Assembly: GCA_965248435.1 (NCBI GenBank)
Contig: OZ252100.1
Location: 4,448,001 to 4,512,000 of the forward strand
Reading direction: 5' to 3'
From: Candidatus Latescibacterota bacterium
GTDB lineage: Bacteria; Latescibacterota; UBA2968; GCA-2709665
Length of the DNA stretch: 64,000 nt
Shown: in pieces, positions 41,673-52,023 of the stretch
Numbering within the stretch: position 1 is the first letter of the stretch
How the letters are laid out: every line of letters starts with the position of its first letter
Position numbers and translations under genes: made by a program
Notes under the pieces: generated by a model
What the model was told of the DNA's origin: nothing
The model's database searches: none
What the model saw: the letters and a program-made list of their open reading frames with translations, nothing else

Positions 41673-44600
41673 TTGACGATCGCCGCCTTTACGAATCGGA
41701 TTTCGGAACGTCCTTCAGAAATGGCCTCGACCCGGCAGATGTAGAGACCGCTCGCGTAGTCGGTCGTGTCCCAGCCTATTTCGTTCTCGGTCATGGGTAC
41801 CGGATCTTCAAGGGAGAGGCGATCGACAACCTCTCCGATCGCGTTGATCACGATGACTCTGATCCGGGCGTGGTCGGAAAGGAAGAAACGAAGTCGGGCT
41901 GAATCTCCCCGGATGGGGTTGGGATAACAGTAGACCCGCCCGCTCGGAAGCAGCGCGCCGGCAGGCTCACCCTGCTGGAAACCGCCAGACAGATTCAGAT
42001 GGCCCGTGTTGCGCGGATTGCCGCCAGACTCTCCCCACACGACGCCGGTGCCCGTAAACCCGGGGTCGATCTCCTCCAGGTGATAGAGGTGCATCCAGCC
42101 GTTGTCGGTGAAGAAGAGAAGCTCCAGACTCCCATCCGCATCCAGATCGTCTACGAGGGGAGAGGTGCGGATTTGACCCCCGACGGAGATTGGAAATCCA
42201 GTCAAGTGTGCTCCGGCAGCGCTCAGACCATAGAGGAGCCCGCCCCTTGAACCGGCGAAGATTTCGGGCAAGGCATCGCCATCGAGGTCTGCGAGCACAG
42301 GCGGCGCTTCGATGGCGCCGGTGTCATCCTTCAAAGGAAAGGCCAGCGGCGTATCGGTCTGCAGGATGCCGTTGAAACGAACGGCCCAAAGCCGAGAAGA
42401 TCCACCGAAGAGGACCTCGACGAAGCCGTCCCCGTCCAGATCGCCCAGGACCGGCGGTGATTTCGCACCCCCTTCTACCGGAAGACTTAGCCTCGGATTC
42501 GCTCCCACCTGCTGTAACGATACCACACCTCGAGATGAGACGGCAACAATCTCGTCCAATCCATCTCCGTCCAGATCGGAGACGACCGGGGCCCCTAACG
42601 GTCTTTCTTCGAACCTCGCAAGTTCATTCCATTCGGCTGTGTTTTGAATGATGAAGAGCCGGCCGGTTTCTGTCACTGCGACAAGCTCATTGCCGGTGTC
42701 GGGTGAGACATTGCCAACCGAAAGGCTTACGATCGGCTCCGAAACAAGCGCCACCTCGCCGCGTTCCCCGGCATATTCCCCCCACACGACCCTTCCGTCT
42801 GACCATCCCCAGACGTCGACAAGCTCACTCCCCGGGAAGGCGGCAATGACGGGAGACGCGGAGAGGACTGCGCCGCCTGTGTAGGGGGTTGTCACAAACC
42901 GATCGTTCGCCCAGAGCGCTGGATTGTCACCGTCCGCGAAGATGAATTCATCGGCCCCTCCGTCACCGGGGAAAAGATCTCCCACCGCCGGCGTTCGGAA
43001 GGAGGAGAAGCCGAAGGTCTGAACTGGGTCGCCCGTAACACTCCAGGCGCTGGAACGATTGCTCCGACTGCGACCTCTGACGATCTCCTTGGCCCCGTCT
43101 CCATCCAGGTCGAGGACTCGAGGTGCCCGCAAACCGCCCATTTCAAGGCCCGTGACGGGCCATCGGTCCTGCTGTCGGCCGAAGGTGACCGCCACGGTCA
43201 TGGTGTCACCCGGCGGGCTGAGGATTTCGATCGTGATTCCCGTTGGGTAGCTCAGGTTGCTGTTCGTGTTGGGCGTCGTATCCGGACCGAAACGTAGTGC
43301 GTTTCCCACAAAAAAGGGGTCTTGCGCGCCGCCTTCGATGGTGCTGAAAGAGATCAGGCCCCCTGCGAAGAGACGGCTGGAGGAGACGTTGCCGATGTCT
43401 TCGAGGCCGTCTGCCTCTTCCAGCGAGATTCCCCTTCGGAATTGGAACGGTGCGATCCGATAGTCCGGGTTGCTGTTGAACGGCCTGTCCGGGCCGCTGT
43501 TTCTGATCACGGCATCGTCCACGTGCCAGACCAACAGCCCCGAGCCTGGGATAAAGGCGTCATAATCGTCTACCGAGAGCCAGACTCCGTCCGTTCCACC
43601 CGAAAACCGGATCTGCGGAACCCGGCCATCCAAGGCCAACCGGGAGACGCGGTTTTCAAGCAGAAAGTACTCGTCGGCACTGATCGGCACGATGACTGCC
43701 TCGGGCAGGCTGGATGTGACGTGGGGCGCGACGATGTGAGCGATGTCGCTCTTTGTGACCACTTCGGGCGTGAGCCAGCCGAGCCGGATGCGGGACCACG
43801 CAAGCATCCGGGTGGGCACAAACCCGATGAGCAAGGAATCGGATGGCTCGCCGGTCAAATTCTCCAGGCCGAGTTGGGCGGCCGAAGCGACGTTGTTGGC
43901 CCCGGAGTCCATGAGGCTCCAATCCCCGACGGCAGGGAGATCCGCTTCGAAGTTGGAGAGACCCGGCAGACCCAACTGGTTCGCGAAAAAGCGCGCCAGG
44001 GTGCCGTTCAGGCCTCCACGTCCATCGGCGCTGACGGCTTCCGGGAGGAGCATGCCCTCGGTGACACTCCGCGTAGAATTGTTTACCGGGATGGGGCCGT
44101 CGGCAAACTGATCCAGGTCCCTCGCGCTGATGAACGCAGAGGGGATATCATTTAGGGCGTTCCCGGCTTCGCCGCCGAGTCCCGCGTGGAAGACGACAAA
44201 GGCCCGGAACCTCGAAAAATCGATCGCGTCCCCTTCCGCGGCATCGGCCGCCTGAATGGCGTCGCGGAAGAGTTGCGTGATCCGTTCATCTATCTCCTGG
44301 AGGGTGCGCCCGTTGCCATATTCCTTCAGGGGTTTTTCGAGCAGATAGCTTTCCCGGTTTTCAAGCGGGTAGACCTCGTGCTCGATCCGAACGTTTCCCT
44401 CGGAGATGTCGGCGTAGTAGTTCGCCAACGCCGTCAGATGATTTTCGAAGTAGCCCCGGTCGTGTGGCGGGATATCATACGGAAAACGGTAGCCTTCTCT
44501 GGCTTCCTCAAGGCTCCGGAGGTCAAAAGTGCCGTCCCCGCTCGTGGTTCCCTCGTCAGGATCTTCCACGGGGAACGATACGCGCACGGCCAGGATACGC

Positions 44601-44674
44601 CAGGTCTCCTGTGCTTCTGACAGAGTCGTGCATCCGAGGATCATGCTCAGGCCAACCAGGAGACTCCTGTACAT
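41669..44674 (-). CDS. Secreted M6-protease-like + FG-GAP repeat protein with T9SS type A-like C-terminal domain
   Basis: ILAVRVSFP, YYADISEG, VVFHAG, WSLMDSG, EYFLLENR, GLLVWHVD, LEEADG; DLDGDG repeats; C-terminal YCYPNP...ASGLYICRV...KAAIVK. Alternative start at 44758. Confidence 0.82.
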   Translation of the reverse strand: MYRSLLVGLSMILGCTTLSEAQETWRILAVRVSFPVEDPDEGTTSGDGTFDLRSLEEAREGYRFPYDIPPHDRGYFENHLTALANYYADISEGNVRIEHEVYPLENRESYLLEKPLKEYGNGRTLQEIDERITQLFRDAIQAADAAEGDAIDFSRFRAFVVFHAGLGGEAGNALNDIPSAFISARDLDQFADGPIPVNNSTRSVTEGMLLPEAVSADGRGGLNGTLARFFANQLGLPGLSNFEADLPAVGDWSLMDSGANNVASAAQLGLENLTGEPSDSLLIGFVPTRMLAWSRIRLGWLTPEVVTKSDIAHIVAPHVTSSLPEAVIVPISADEYFLLENRVSRLALDGRVPQIRFSGGTDGVWLSVDDYDAFIPGSGLLVWHVDDAVIRNSGPDRPFNSNPDYRIAPFQFRRGISLEEADGLEDIGNVSSSRLFAGGLISFSTIEGGAQDPFFVGNALRFGPDTTPNTNSNLSYPTGITIEILSPPGDTMTVAVTFGRQQDRWPVTGLEMGGLRAPRVLDLDGDGAKEIVRGRSRSNRSSAWSVTGDPVQTFGFSSFRTPAVGDLFPGDGGADEFIFADGDNPALWANDRFVTTPYTGGAVLSASPVIAAFPGSELVDVWGWSDGRVVWGEYAGERGEVALVSEPIVSLSVGNVSPDTGNELVAVTETGRLFIIQNTAEWNELARFEERPLGAPVVSDLDGDGLDEIVAVSSRGVVSLQQVGANPRLSLPVEGGAKSPPVLGDLDGDGFVEVLFGGSSRLWAVRFNGILQTDTPLAFPLKDDTGAIEAPPVLADLDGDALPEIFAGSRGGLLYGLSAAGAHLTGFPISVGGQIRTSPLVDDLDADGSLELLFFTDNGWMHLYHLEEIDPGFTGTGVVWGESGGNPRNTGHLNLSGGFQQGEPAGALLPSGRVYCYPNPIRGDSARLRFFLSDHARIRVIVINAIGEVVDRLSLEDPVPMTENEIGWDTTDYASGLYICRVEAISEGRSEIRFVKAAIVK

Positions 44675-44860
44675 AAGAGGGACCGCAAGATGAGGGACAA
44701 AGGTTTCCCGGTCTTGCGGTCCGCTATCTATTCTTTGCAGTGCCCGCCTCAACCCCACGCTTCCTCGCGGTTCCCGTTTATATGCCAGTTGGTTACTGAG
44801 ATTGGATGGCGCCGATCCGAAACAGGCTTCGGTCGGCGTAGGGAGTCGCCGTTTAGCCCT

Positions 44861-45901
44861 CTAGATGGAAAATCCTCCTGTAAAGCGGAAGACGTTCCTC
44901 AGCGGGGAGTCTCCCCTGTTTGCGAAATAGGAGAGATCGAACGTGGCCCAATTGTACTTTAATCCGAGACCGAACGTGGGGGTTTTTCGATTCCCGTCAT
45001 AGTCGTAGAAGTAACCCGTCCTGAGCGCGAAGGCCGAGCCCTCAGTAAGGTCATATTGCCACTCCAGACCGGCCTTATAGTCGATATCCTTGAACTCCTC
45101 TTCTGCCGGACTGTCGGACCATCCTGTGATGAAGGAGGAGAACCCTTCATCTGCAAGGGGCTTGTAGATGTCGGTCGTAATGAGTACCGTAGAATTCCCG
45201 CCTCGGTAGATTTTGTTCGCAAATCCGAAGGTAAAGCTTTGTGGAAGCGGATCTGCCTGATCTGCGTCGATGAAGGTGATGTTCGGACCCACGTTTCGCA
45301 ACGCCCACGCAAGCGTGAATCGGTCTGTGGGCTTCCACATAAAACCGAGGTCTCCGCCGAAAGAGGTGCCGTGCCCCTTGCCCTGTTCCTGACCGACCTG
45401 CACGCCTCCCGCGAGGTCTTCGTAGATGAATTTCACGGTCACACCGATAGACATCGTCTTTGTGACGTAGGTCCCGTAGGAAAGCCCCAGGGCCAGTCCA
45501 TAACTGGAAAAGGTTCCCAAAGCGACATTTTGCTCGCTTCTGGCTTCCTGCTTACCTTCCGAGGCGTATATGATGCTGAAGCCCAGGTTACCCAGGCCTT
45601 CAAACGAATGCGTGTAGGCTCCGAACGAAGAAAAGATGTCATTCGCCAGCGTGGGGATCGGTTTGTAGAAGGTGGTGCTGAGATTACCACCGGTGTCGTC
45701 TGCCAATCCTGCCGGGTTGTAGTAGGTCGCGTTGGCATCGTCCGCGATGGCGACGTAGGCCTCTCCCAATCCTGCGGAGCGAGCGCTCGGCTGGAATAGG
45801 AGAAACTTGGCGACTGCCCTGTCTTCCGTGGCCGCCCATGCTGCGCCATAGCCACTCAGACTGAATCCGCAGAGACATAACAGGATAACGAACTTCCTCA
45901 T
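44861..45901 (-). CDS. porV: PorV/PorQ-family outer-membrane protein
   Basis: FLLFQPSARSAGLGEAYVAIADDANATYYNPAGL, NVGPNITF...ADPLP, ALRTGYFY, TFGLGLKY. Confidence 0.75.
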   Translation of the reverse strand: MRKFVILLCLCGFSLSGYGAAWAATEDRAVAKFLLFQPSARSAGLGEAYVAIADDANATYYNPAGLADDTGGNLSTTFYKPIPTLANDIFSSFGAYTHSFEGLGNLGFSIIYASEGKQEARSEQNVALGTFSSYGLALGLSYGTYVTKTMSIGVTVKFIYEDLAGGVQVGQEQGKGHGTSFGGDLGFMWKPTDRFTLAWALRNVGPNITFIDADQADPLPQSFTFGFANKIYRGGNSTVLITTDIYKPLADEGFSSFITGWSDSPAEEEFKDIDYKAGLEWQYDLTEGSAFALRTGYFYDYDGNRKTPTFGLGLKYNWATFDLSYFANRGDSPLRNVFRFTGGFSI

Positions 45902-46267
45902 CTCGAAACTCCTTTTTCTGTTCCTTGATATTGTGATCAGTCCTTCTCCCGAGTGGTTACCGAAACCTGAAAAAAACCGGGATGTGGATTTCCCCAACCC
46001 GGCGATTCAAACTCTCCTCATAAGCCTACCTCTTGCACAAAAGGTCTGGGTTCGGATTCCCACCTCGCACACCTGCATCGCGAGTAGAATTTACAGCACT
46101 GAATCTGTCTGAAATGCAAACCAAACCTTAGGGCGTGTACCGATAGACTCTCCTTAAGCCAGAATGATATCAAGGAAAAAGATCTTGTCTGACTCGCAAC
46201 CCTTGACTATTTTCTTCTAAGCCGTGTCACAGTTTAGACTGATTTTTTGCGATGAAAGAGGTGAACC

Positions 46268-46531
46268 ATGATTGATAAGGAGTTGCTGGATATCCTGGCC
46301 TGTCCGGAGAATAAGACTCCTGTTTCGATGGCCGATCAGACGCTTGTGGAAGAGATCAACCGGCGTATCGAGAAAGGTGAGCTCAAGAACAGGGGCGGCA
46401 GCCAAGTGGAAAAGAAGATCGACGGAGGTCTGGTGCGTGAAGATGGGGCCTTTCTCTACCGTATTGAGGACGGCATCCCGATTATGCTGATCGAGGAGGC
46501 GATCCCATTGGGAGAGATAAAGCTCGACTGA
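46268..46531 (+). CDS. Trm112-like protein
   Basis: LLDILACP...YRIEDGIPIML; GAGGTG RBS. Confidence 0.85.
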   Translation: MIDKELLDILACPENKTPVSMADQTLVEEINRRIEKGELKNRGGSQVEKKIDGGLVREDGAFLYRIEDGIPIMLIEEAIPLGEIKLD

Positions 46532-46959
46532 TCGTCTTCTAATCCGGAAATCGCGTTACGGCTCTCATTCACTATAAGATCGGCAGGAAAAGTTTTCAGT
46601 CAAGCGAAGAATTTACCGAAATGCCGGACTTTGTGTCAAGTCCTTTTCTGCTCGTATGCTGATTAATATTAAGCAATTACTCAATCTTAGAGAATTCCAA
46701 AATCCTCGCCGCGGTGTGTAGACGCCCAAATCCCCCCCTGGTTCCCGAGTTTATTTTCCAGTCCCAGTTCCTCGACAAACTACCGCAGGGCCCGCCTGCC
46801 TCGCAGGAATCGGTCGCTCTCCAGACCCTGTGTCCCGAGCCTTTTCGTGCCTTTCCTCAGGAGTTATCTCATTATTATTGAAAGCAATATGGATGCCAGG
46901 CCGATAAAAGCTAGGGATTCACGTCCGGGGACCCCTTGCGGCCCTTGATCGGGGGGGCC

Positions 46960-48588
46960 ATGTTGCGATGTTTGTGTGCGGCCGTCATCGGAAGTCTGGG
47001 TGTTGTCATCGCCAGCTGTTCGGAACGGCCGGCCGAAGAAGCGGACTCCCCACAAATTTCGAGAGGTGTCTCGGATCTTCCTTCCGGTCATGTCGCCTGG
47101 CAGACGTGGTCAGAGCGGGATTCAGCGCGGCTTTCCGGCCGCCCGATCCTCCTCTTCCTGTATACGCGTCGCTCTTTCTGGTGCCGAGAAATCATCAGGC
47201 ACTGCTTCAGTGACCCCGAGGTTGCGCGGGAGATCCGTCACAGCACGATTCCCGTTCGTGTCGACGTCGACCGCCGCCCGGATCTGGCTGAACGATACGG
47301 CATGGGCGCGTGGCCGTCCGTCGTGTTCCTTTCCCCCGAGACCGAGTGGATCACCGGAAGCACATTTTTGGATCCGGAGGACCTCGTGAGACTGGTTCGA
47401 CGGATTCGTGTCTTTTTCGACCACCCCGATCGGCTCGAGGATCTGGATCGTGCCCGTCGCCTTCTGGAGGAGCGATCGGCACGTAGATTTCGGGATCGGG
47501 ACCGTTCAGCAGTCGAGCTGACACTTGAGGTGATGCTGCAGATGGCAGACAGCATTCGGGCGGCATCGGTCCGGGGCGAGGATCCTGGACCCGAAGCGCT
47601 CAGATTGCTTCTGAGTCTCGGGGAATCTCGGGGAGATTCGGCACTGAAGCGAGATGCCATTCTCGCCCTGGACCGCATTATTTCGGGTCGACTCAAAGAT
47701 TCGGATGGCGGCTTCTTTCTGGCGGAGTTGACCCCCGACGGCGTGCTCGTAGACAGGGAGAAACACCTGCTTCGGAATGCAGGTCTGCTTTCCGTTCTGG
47801 CAGCCGTGTCGGAACAGACGGAGGAGGCTCGCTTTCTGGAGGCGGCCAGGGGACTCGCGGACTTCCTCCTGGGTGGGTTCTACGACGCGACGGAGTCACA
47901 GTTTGTTGCCGGGTATGCTGGATTCTATGAACACGGTGTGCCGGAGCAATCCGGTGTTGTCACCCGGCTTCTGGGTGAGCAGACGCCACCCATCCCCGAT
48001 TTGTCATATTACACCGGTTGGAACGCCGGGACGGTTTCGGCCCTGCTGGAATTCTACCACTTGGACGAGGGAGATCGGCTCCTGGAGGTCTGTCGCGAGG
48101 TGATGAGCCGAATTCGTGTCCGCGCTGAACTTCCGGGCGGGGGGCTGAGACATACCGATCGCGGTTCGGCCGAGGGACCGCTGTTTCTTGAGGATCATGC
48201 ACTTGCAGCGAGGGCCTGGCTCGACCTCTACGAGATCGATGCCCGTCCGAGTGACCTTCGCACCGCCCGTGATCTCGTGGACTTCATGTTGGAGAATTTT
48301 GGACATCCCTCCGGGGCATTACACGACCGATCGCCAGAACCTGGGAGACCCCACTTTTCCGCGTTCGATCGCCTGATGCCGTCTGGGAACGGCGTGGCGG
48401 CACAGGTTCTGATCCGTCTGTATCGGCTGACCGGACACTCGCCTTACCTGGAGGCGGCCGAAGGGATTCTCACGGCCCTGATCGGCCCTAATCTTGACCG
48501 AGCGGCAAACATGGGAGCCCTTGGAAGGGGACTGTTTGACTACCTCCACGCCTCGGCCATACAAAAGACACAGAGCGAGCCAGAGTGA
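46960..48588 (+). CDS. DUF255 thioredoxin-like + alpha/alpha-toroid protein (YyaL-like), probable lipoprotein
   Basis: VIASC lipobox-like; RPILLF...WCR, VDVDRRPDL...GAWP, EKHLLRNA, FLEDHA, PSGNGVAA. Confidence 0.8.
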   Translation: MLRCLCAAVIGSLGVVIASCSERPAEEADSPQISRGVSDLPSGHVAWQTWSERDSARLSGRPILLFLYTRRSFWCREIIRHCFSDPEVAREIRHSTIPVRVDVDRRPDLAERYGMGAWPSVVFLSPETEWITGSTFLDPEDLVRLVRRIRVFFDHPDRLEDLDRARRLLEERSARRFRDRDRSAVELTLEVMLQMADSIRAASVRGEDPGPEALRLLLSLGESRGDSALKRDAILALDRIISGRLKDSDGGFFLAELTPDGVLVDREKHLLRNAGLLSVLAAVSEQTEEARFLEAARGLADFLLGGFYDATESQFVAGYAGFYEHGVPEQSGVVTRLLGEQTPPIPDLSYYTGWNAGTVSALLEFYHLDEGDRLLEVCREVMSRIRVRAELPGGGLRHTDRGSAEGPLFLEDHALAARAWLDLYEIDARPSDLRTARDLVDFMLENFGHPSGALHDRSPEPGRPHFSAFDRLMPSGNGVAAQVLIRLYRLTGHSPYLEAAEGILTALIGPNLDRAANMGALGRGLFDYLHASAIQKTQSEPE

Positions 48589-49511
48589 CCCCTCCTGCTG
48601 AAACCGTTGTCGTTGTCGGGGCGTCGGGACTCCTGGGGCGCGCCCTTTGCAGTGTGGAGGACTCTGGGCTGCGGTTTATCCCGACCGTTCGAGCCCCAGA
48701 CGGACCGTTCACTCCAGAGGATTCCGTGAGGTTGGATATCACAGAGTCGAAACGTGTAGAGGAGGTTATCGGTGAGATCCGTCCGCGATGGGTGATCAAC
48801 ACCGCGGCCAAGACCAGCGTCGATGGATGCGAGAGGGATCCTGCAGATGCCCGAAGCGTCAATGTAAAAGGAACGCACAATCTCGCGGAGGCGTGCGATC
48901 GCGTCGGCAGTGGATTGATCTTCATTTCGACCAATTATGTGTTCGATGGATCAAGCGGACCCTACGCAGAAGAGGATACACAGAATCCACTGAACGTATA
49001 CGGTCAGACGAAGCTGGAGGGAGAGCGAGCGGTGCTGGACGCGGGTTGTCCGGGCATTGTCGTTCGGACGGCGGTCCTTTATGGCTATGATCCGAACAGT
49101 CGGCCCAACTTCGTGACCTGGGTGGCGGGCTCGGTCGCGGACAGGAAGCGGATTCGGGTGGTGACGGATGAGTGGGCCAATCCGACCTATGTCGATGAGC
49201 TGGCCGCCTTTGTGATCGGTCTGTGCCAGGATGATTTCCTGGGCGTGGTCCATTTTTGCGGCCGAGACTTCCTCTCGCGTTACGAGATGGCATCTGAGAT
49301 CTGCTCCTGCTTCCACCTGGATTTCGAGCTGGTATCGCCTACTACGTCTGCCGAACTGGCTCAAGCCGCGAGGCGTCCGCTGCGCGCGGGACTCAAGATC
49401 GATCGCGCGTCAGAAATCTTCGATGGGCGGATTGCCTCCTTTAAGGAAAACCTTGAGCGTGTCGCCAAGCAGGTCGGCGATCCTTCAGAATTGTCCGGGC
49501 AGGGCCAATGA
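48585..49511 (+). CDS. rfbD: dTDP-4-dehydrorhamnose reductase-like SDR
   Basis: GASGLLG, NTAAKTSVDGCE, ISTNYVFDG, PLNVYGQTKLEGE, PTYV. Confidence 0.82.
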   Translation: MTPPAETVVVVGASGLLGRALCSVEDSGLRFIPTVRAPDGPFTPEDSVRLDITESKRVEEVIGEIRPRWVINTAAKTSVDGCERDPADARSVNVKGTHNLAEACDRVGSGLIFISTNYVFDGSSGPYAEEDTQNPLNVYGQTKLEGERAVLDAGCPGIVVRTAVLYGYDPNSRPNFVTWVAGSVADRKRIRVVTDEWANPTYVDELAAFVIGLCQDDFLGVVHFCGRDFLSRYEMASEICSCFHLDFELVSPTTSAELAQAARRPLRAGLKIDRASEIFDGRIASFKENLERVAKQVGDPSELSGQGQ

Positions 49512-50233
49512 ACATGAATGAGATGATGAGCGTATCCCTGATTACGCCCACCTTCAACGAACGGGAGAATATCCCCATCCTTGCCCAGGAGATCTTTTCT
49601 GCGGTTCGGGAATTTTCAGATATCGATCTGGAGTTGATCGTCGTGGACGACAATTCGCCTGACGGTACCGGCGAGATTGCCGAAGGCCTGCGAGGACAAT
49701 ATCCGATTCGTGTGGTGCACAGGCCGGGCAAACAGGGGCTTGGGAGCGCCGTCATGGAGGGTTTTGGACTATCTGATCGGCCCTATCTGGGAGTGATTGA
49801 TGCCGATCTTAGCCACGACCCCTCGCTCATCCCCCGGCTGATTCTGGGGCTGAGGGAGTTTGATCTCACGATTGGCAGCCGCTACGACCCCAGCAGCACG
49901 GTAGAAAAGTGGCCATGGTATCGCAAATGCATATCCAACGTGGGTGTTTTTCTTGCCCGGCAGCTGACGGGTGTCATGGATCCGTTGAGCGGATATTTCT
50001 TCCTTCACCGGCACGTCGTCGATCATTTTACCCTGACTTCCCCGGGTTACAAGATTCTGCTCGAGATCCTGGTCAAGGGGACCTATAACGGGTTCCTGGA
50101 AGTGCCTTTTGTCTTTCGAGATCGTCAGTTCAGCAGCAGTAAGCTAAACCCGAAAGAATACTATCTATTCATGAAACAGATCGTTCTCTTTTCCATCGAA
50201 AAGATGACGCGGAGGAAGCGGAGCAGGCCATGA
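49508..50233 (+). CDS. Polyprenol-monophosphomannose synthase-like GT2
   Basis: PTFNERENI, VVDDNSPDGT, DADLSHDP, GSRY, DPLSGYF, GYKILLEIL. Confidence 0.88.
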   Translation: MNMNEMMSVSLITPTFNERENIPILAQEIFSAVREFSDIDLELIVVDDNSPDGTGEIAEGLRGQYPIRVVHRPGKQGLGSAVMEGFGLSDRPYLGVIDADLSHDPSLIPRLILGLREFDLTIGSRYDPSSTVEKWPWYRKCISNVGVFLARQLTGVMDPLSGYFFLHRHVVDHFTLTSPGYKILLEILVKGTYNGFLEVPFVFRDRQFSSSKLNPKEYYLFMKQIVLFSIEKMTRRKRSRP

Positions 50234-50252
50234 ACGGGCGTGGGTTTTGTGC

Positions 50253-50281
50253 TTGACTTGCGCGGGGGTGAAGGGTATGTT
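50253..50281 (+). promoter_or_regulatory. Putative sigma70 promoter for the S41 peptidase gene
   Basis: TTGACT-17bp-TATGTT. Confidence 0.45.
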
Positions 50282-50324
50282 AAGCTCTCTATTTTACAGA
50301 ATATACAGACAATTAAGAGGAACT

Positions 50325-51977
50325 ATGAAGTCGGCCCTCACGCGCAGCGTCGTCTGCACAATCGTTGGTCTCCTCACGCTCTTCACTGCCGATCCAGGTA
50401 GCTCAGAAGGTCGTAAAAAGCTCGGTACCTACGAGCAGGCGCGGACGCTCGGGGAGCTCGCGGAACTGGTCCGGCGTTATTACTACGAGAGGACGGATCC
50501 GGTCGAACTCTATCACGGAGCGATTGAGGGCTATCTGTCGGCACTGGATCCGCACACCACTTACATCACGCCAGAAGAGCTGAAAGAAACCCAGGAGAAA
50601 CTGCAGGGCTCATTCGAAGGCATCGGAATCTATTTCGATATTATCGATCGTTTTCTGACGGTGCTGTCCCCGATCGAGGGGTCTCCAGCCTACCAGGTAG
50701 GTCTTCAGCCTGGTGACCGGATCGTGAAGATCGACGGTCGGTCTTCGATCGGAATCAAGGTCTCAGAGGTCACGGATAAACTGAAGGGTCCCAAAGGGAG
50801 CCGCGTAAATGTCAGCGTGCGGAGAGAAGGGTGGGACGATCTGCTCGAATTCGAAATCGTTCGAGATAAGATCGAAGTCCCGAGCGTGCCCAACGCCTTT
50901 ATGCTGACGCCCGAGACTGCGTATGTAAAGATCAGTCGATTTTCGAGTCATACGAACCGGGAGCTGCAAGATGCATTGAAGAAACTGAGGCACAGTGGAT
51001 TCAGAAGACTGATTCTGGATCTTCGGGAAAACGGCGGCGGGTACCTGGAACAGGCGGTGGAGGTTGCAGACCAGTTCATTGAATGGGGACGGCTCCTGGT
51101 CTATACCGAGGGGAGGTTTTCAAACTCCCGAGAAGATCACTTTGCCGAGGAGGACCCGGGTATCGGTCCCGATGTCCCAATTCTGGTATTGGTGAACAGC
51201 TACAGTGCGAGTGCTTCGGAAATCGTGGCCGGGGCGATCCAGGACTACGATCGGGGACTGGTGATTGGCCATACCACGTTCGGGAAGGGCCTGGTTCAAA
51301 AACAGTACCACCTCAAGAATGGCGGGGCGGTGCTGCTGACGGTTGCACGCTACTTCACCCCGAGCGATCGGCCTATTCAGAGGCCTTTTTCAGAGGACCA
51401 TGATTCGTACGTAGAAGAGGCGCGGGACGACTATGACCCGAACGCCGATCCGGACAGTGTGGCCGCTAAGCCGATTTATTATACGCGGATTCTCCACAGA
51501 AAGGTTTACGGCAATGGTGGCATCACGCCGGACATAACGCTCCGTCGAGACAGCCTTTCCATTTTCGAGCGCCGTCTAAGCCGTTCCCACCTGTTCGAAT
51601 TCGCGACGCGCCACGCTCCGGACATCATAGACGACTATTCCGACTTCGAAACCTTTGCCTCCAAGTACAAGCCCGGGCGGCGAGAACTCTCTTCCTTCAA
51701 GAATTTTCTACGCGAGCGCGAGTTTGAATTCACAGACCGCGAATTCAGAAGCAATCTGAATTTTATCAAGCAGCGGATCAAACAGCAGATTTCGCAGGTC
51801 GGGTGGGGCCGCCGCGCGGCCGGTAGACTCTACGTGCAGAACGATCCGGAGATTGTCCAGGCGTTGTCTTATCTTGATGATGCAGAAGCACTCCTCGCCT
51901 CCCGGATCAACCGCACCGGCCGAGGACGGACGCAATATTCATCTCCGGCGACGCCGAGTCAGCCCCCGATACGCTGA
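50325..51977 (+). CDS. S41-family C-terminal processing protease (CtpA-like)
   Basis: LDPHTTY, PDZ FEGIGI, LDLRENGGG, SASASEIVAGAIQD, TFGKGLVQ, GGITPD. Confidence 0.93.
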   Translation: MKSALTRSVVCTIVGLLTLFTADPGSSEGRKKLGTYEQARTLGELAELVRRYYYERTDPVELYHGAIEGYLSALDPHTTYITPEELKETQEKLQGSFEGIGIYFDIIDRFLTVLSPIEGSPAYQVGLQPGDRIVKIDGRSSIGIKVSEVTDKLKGPKGSRVNVSVRREGWDDLLEFEIVRDKIEVPSVPNAFMLTPETAYVKISRFSSHTNRELQDALKKLRHSGFRRLILDLRENGGGYLEQAVEVADQFIEWGRLLVYTEGRFSNSREDHFAEEDPGIGPDVPILVLVNSYSASASEIVAGAIQDYDRGLVIGHTTFGKGLVQKQYHLKNGGAVLLTVARYFTPSDRPIQRPFSEDHDSYVEEARDDYDPNADPDSVAAKPIYYTRILHRKVYGNGGITPDITLRRDSLSIFERRLSRSHLFEFATRHAPDIIDDYSDFETFASKYKPGRRELSSFKNFLREREFEFTDREFRSNLNFIKQRIKQQISQVGWGRRAAGRLYVQNDPEIVQALSYLDDAEALLASRINRTGRGRTQYSSPATPSQPPIR

Positions 51978-52023
51978 GGGGCGCAGTCAAGGGTTCCAAA
52001 TTACAGAAGGATGGAGCGGCCCC

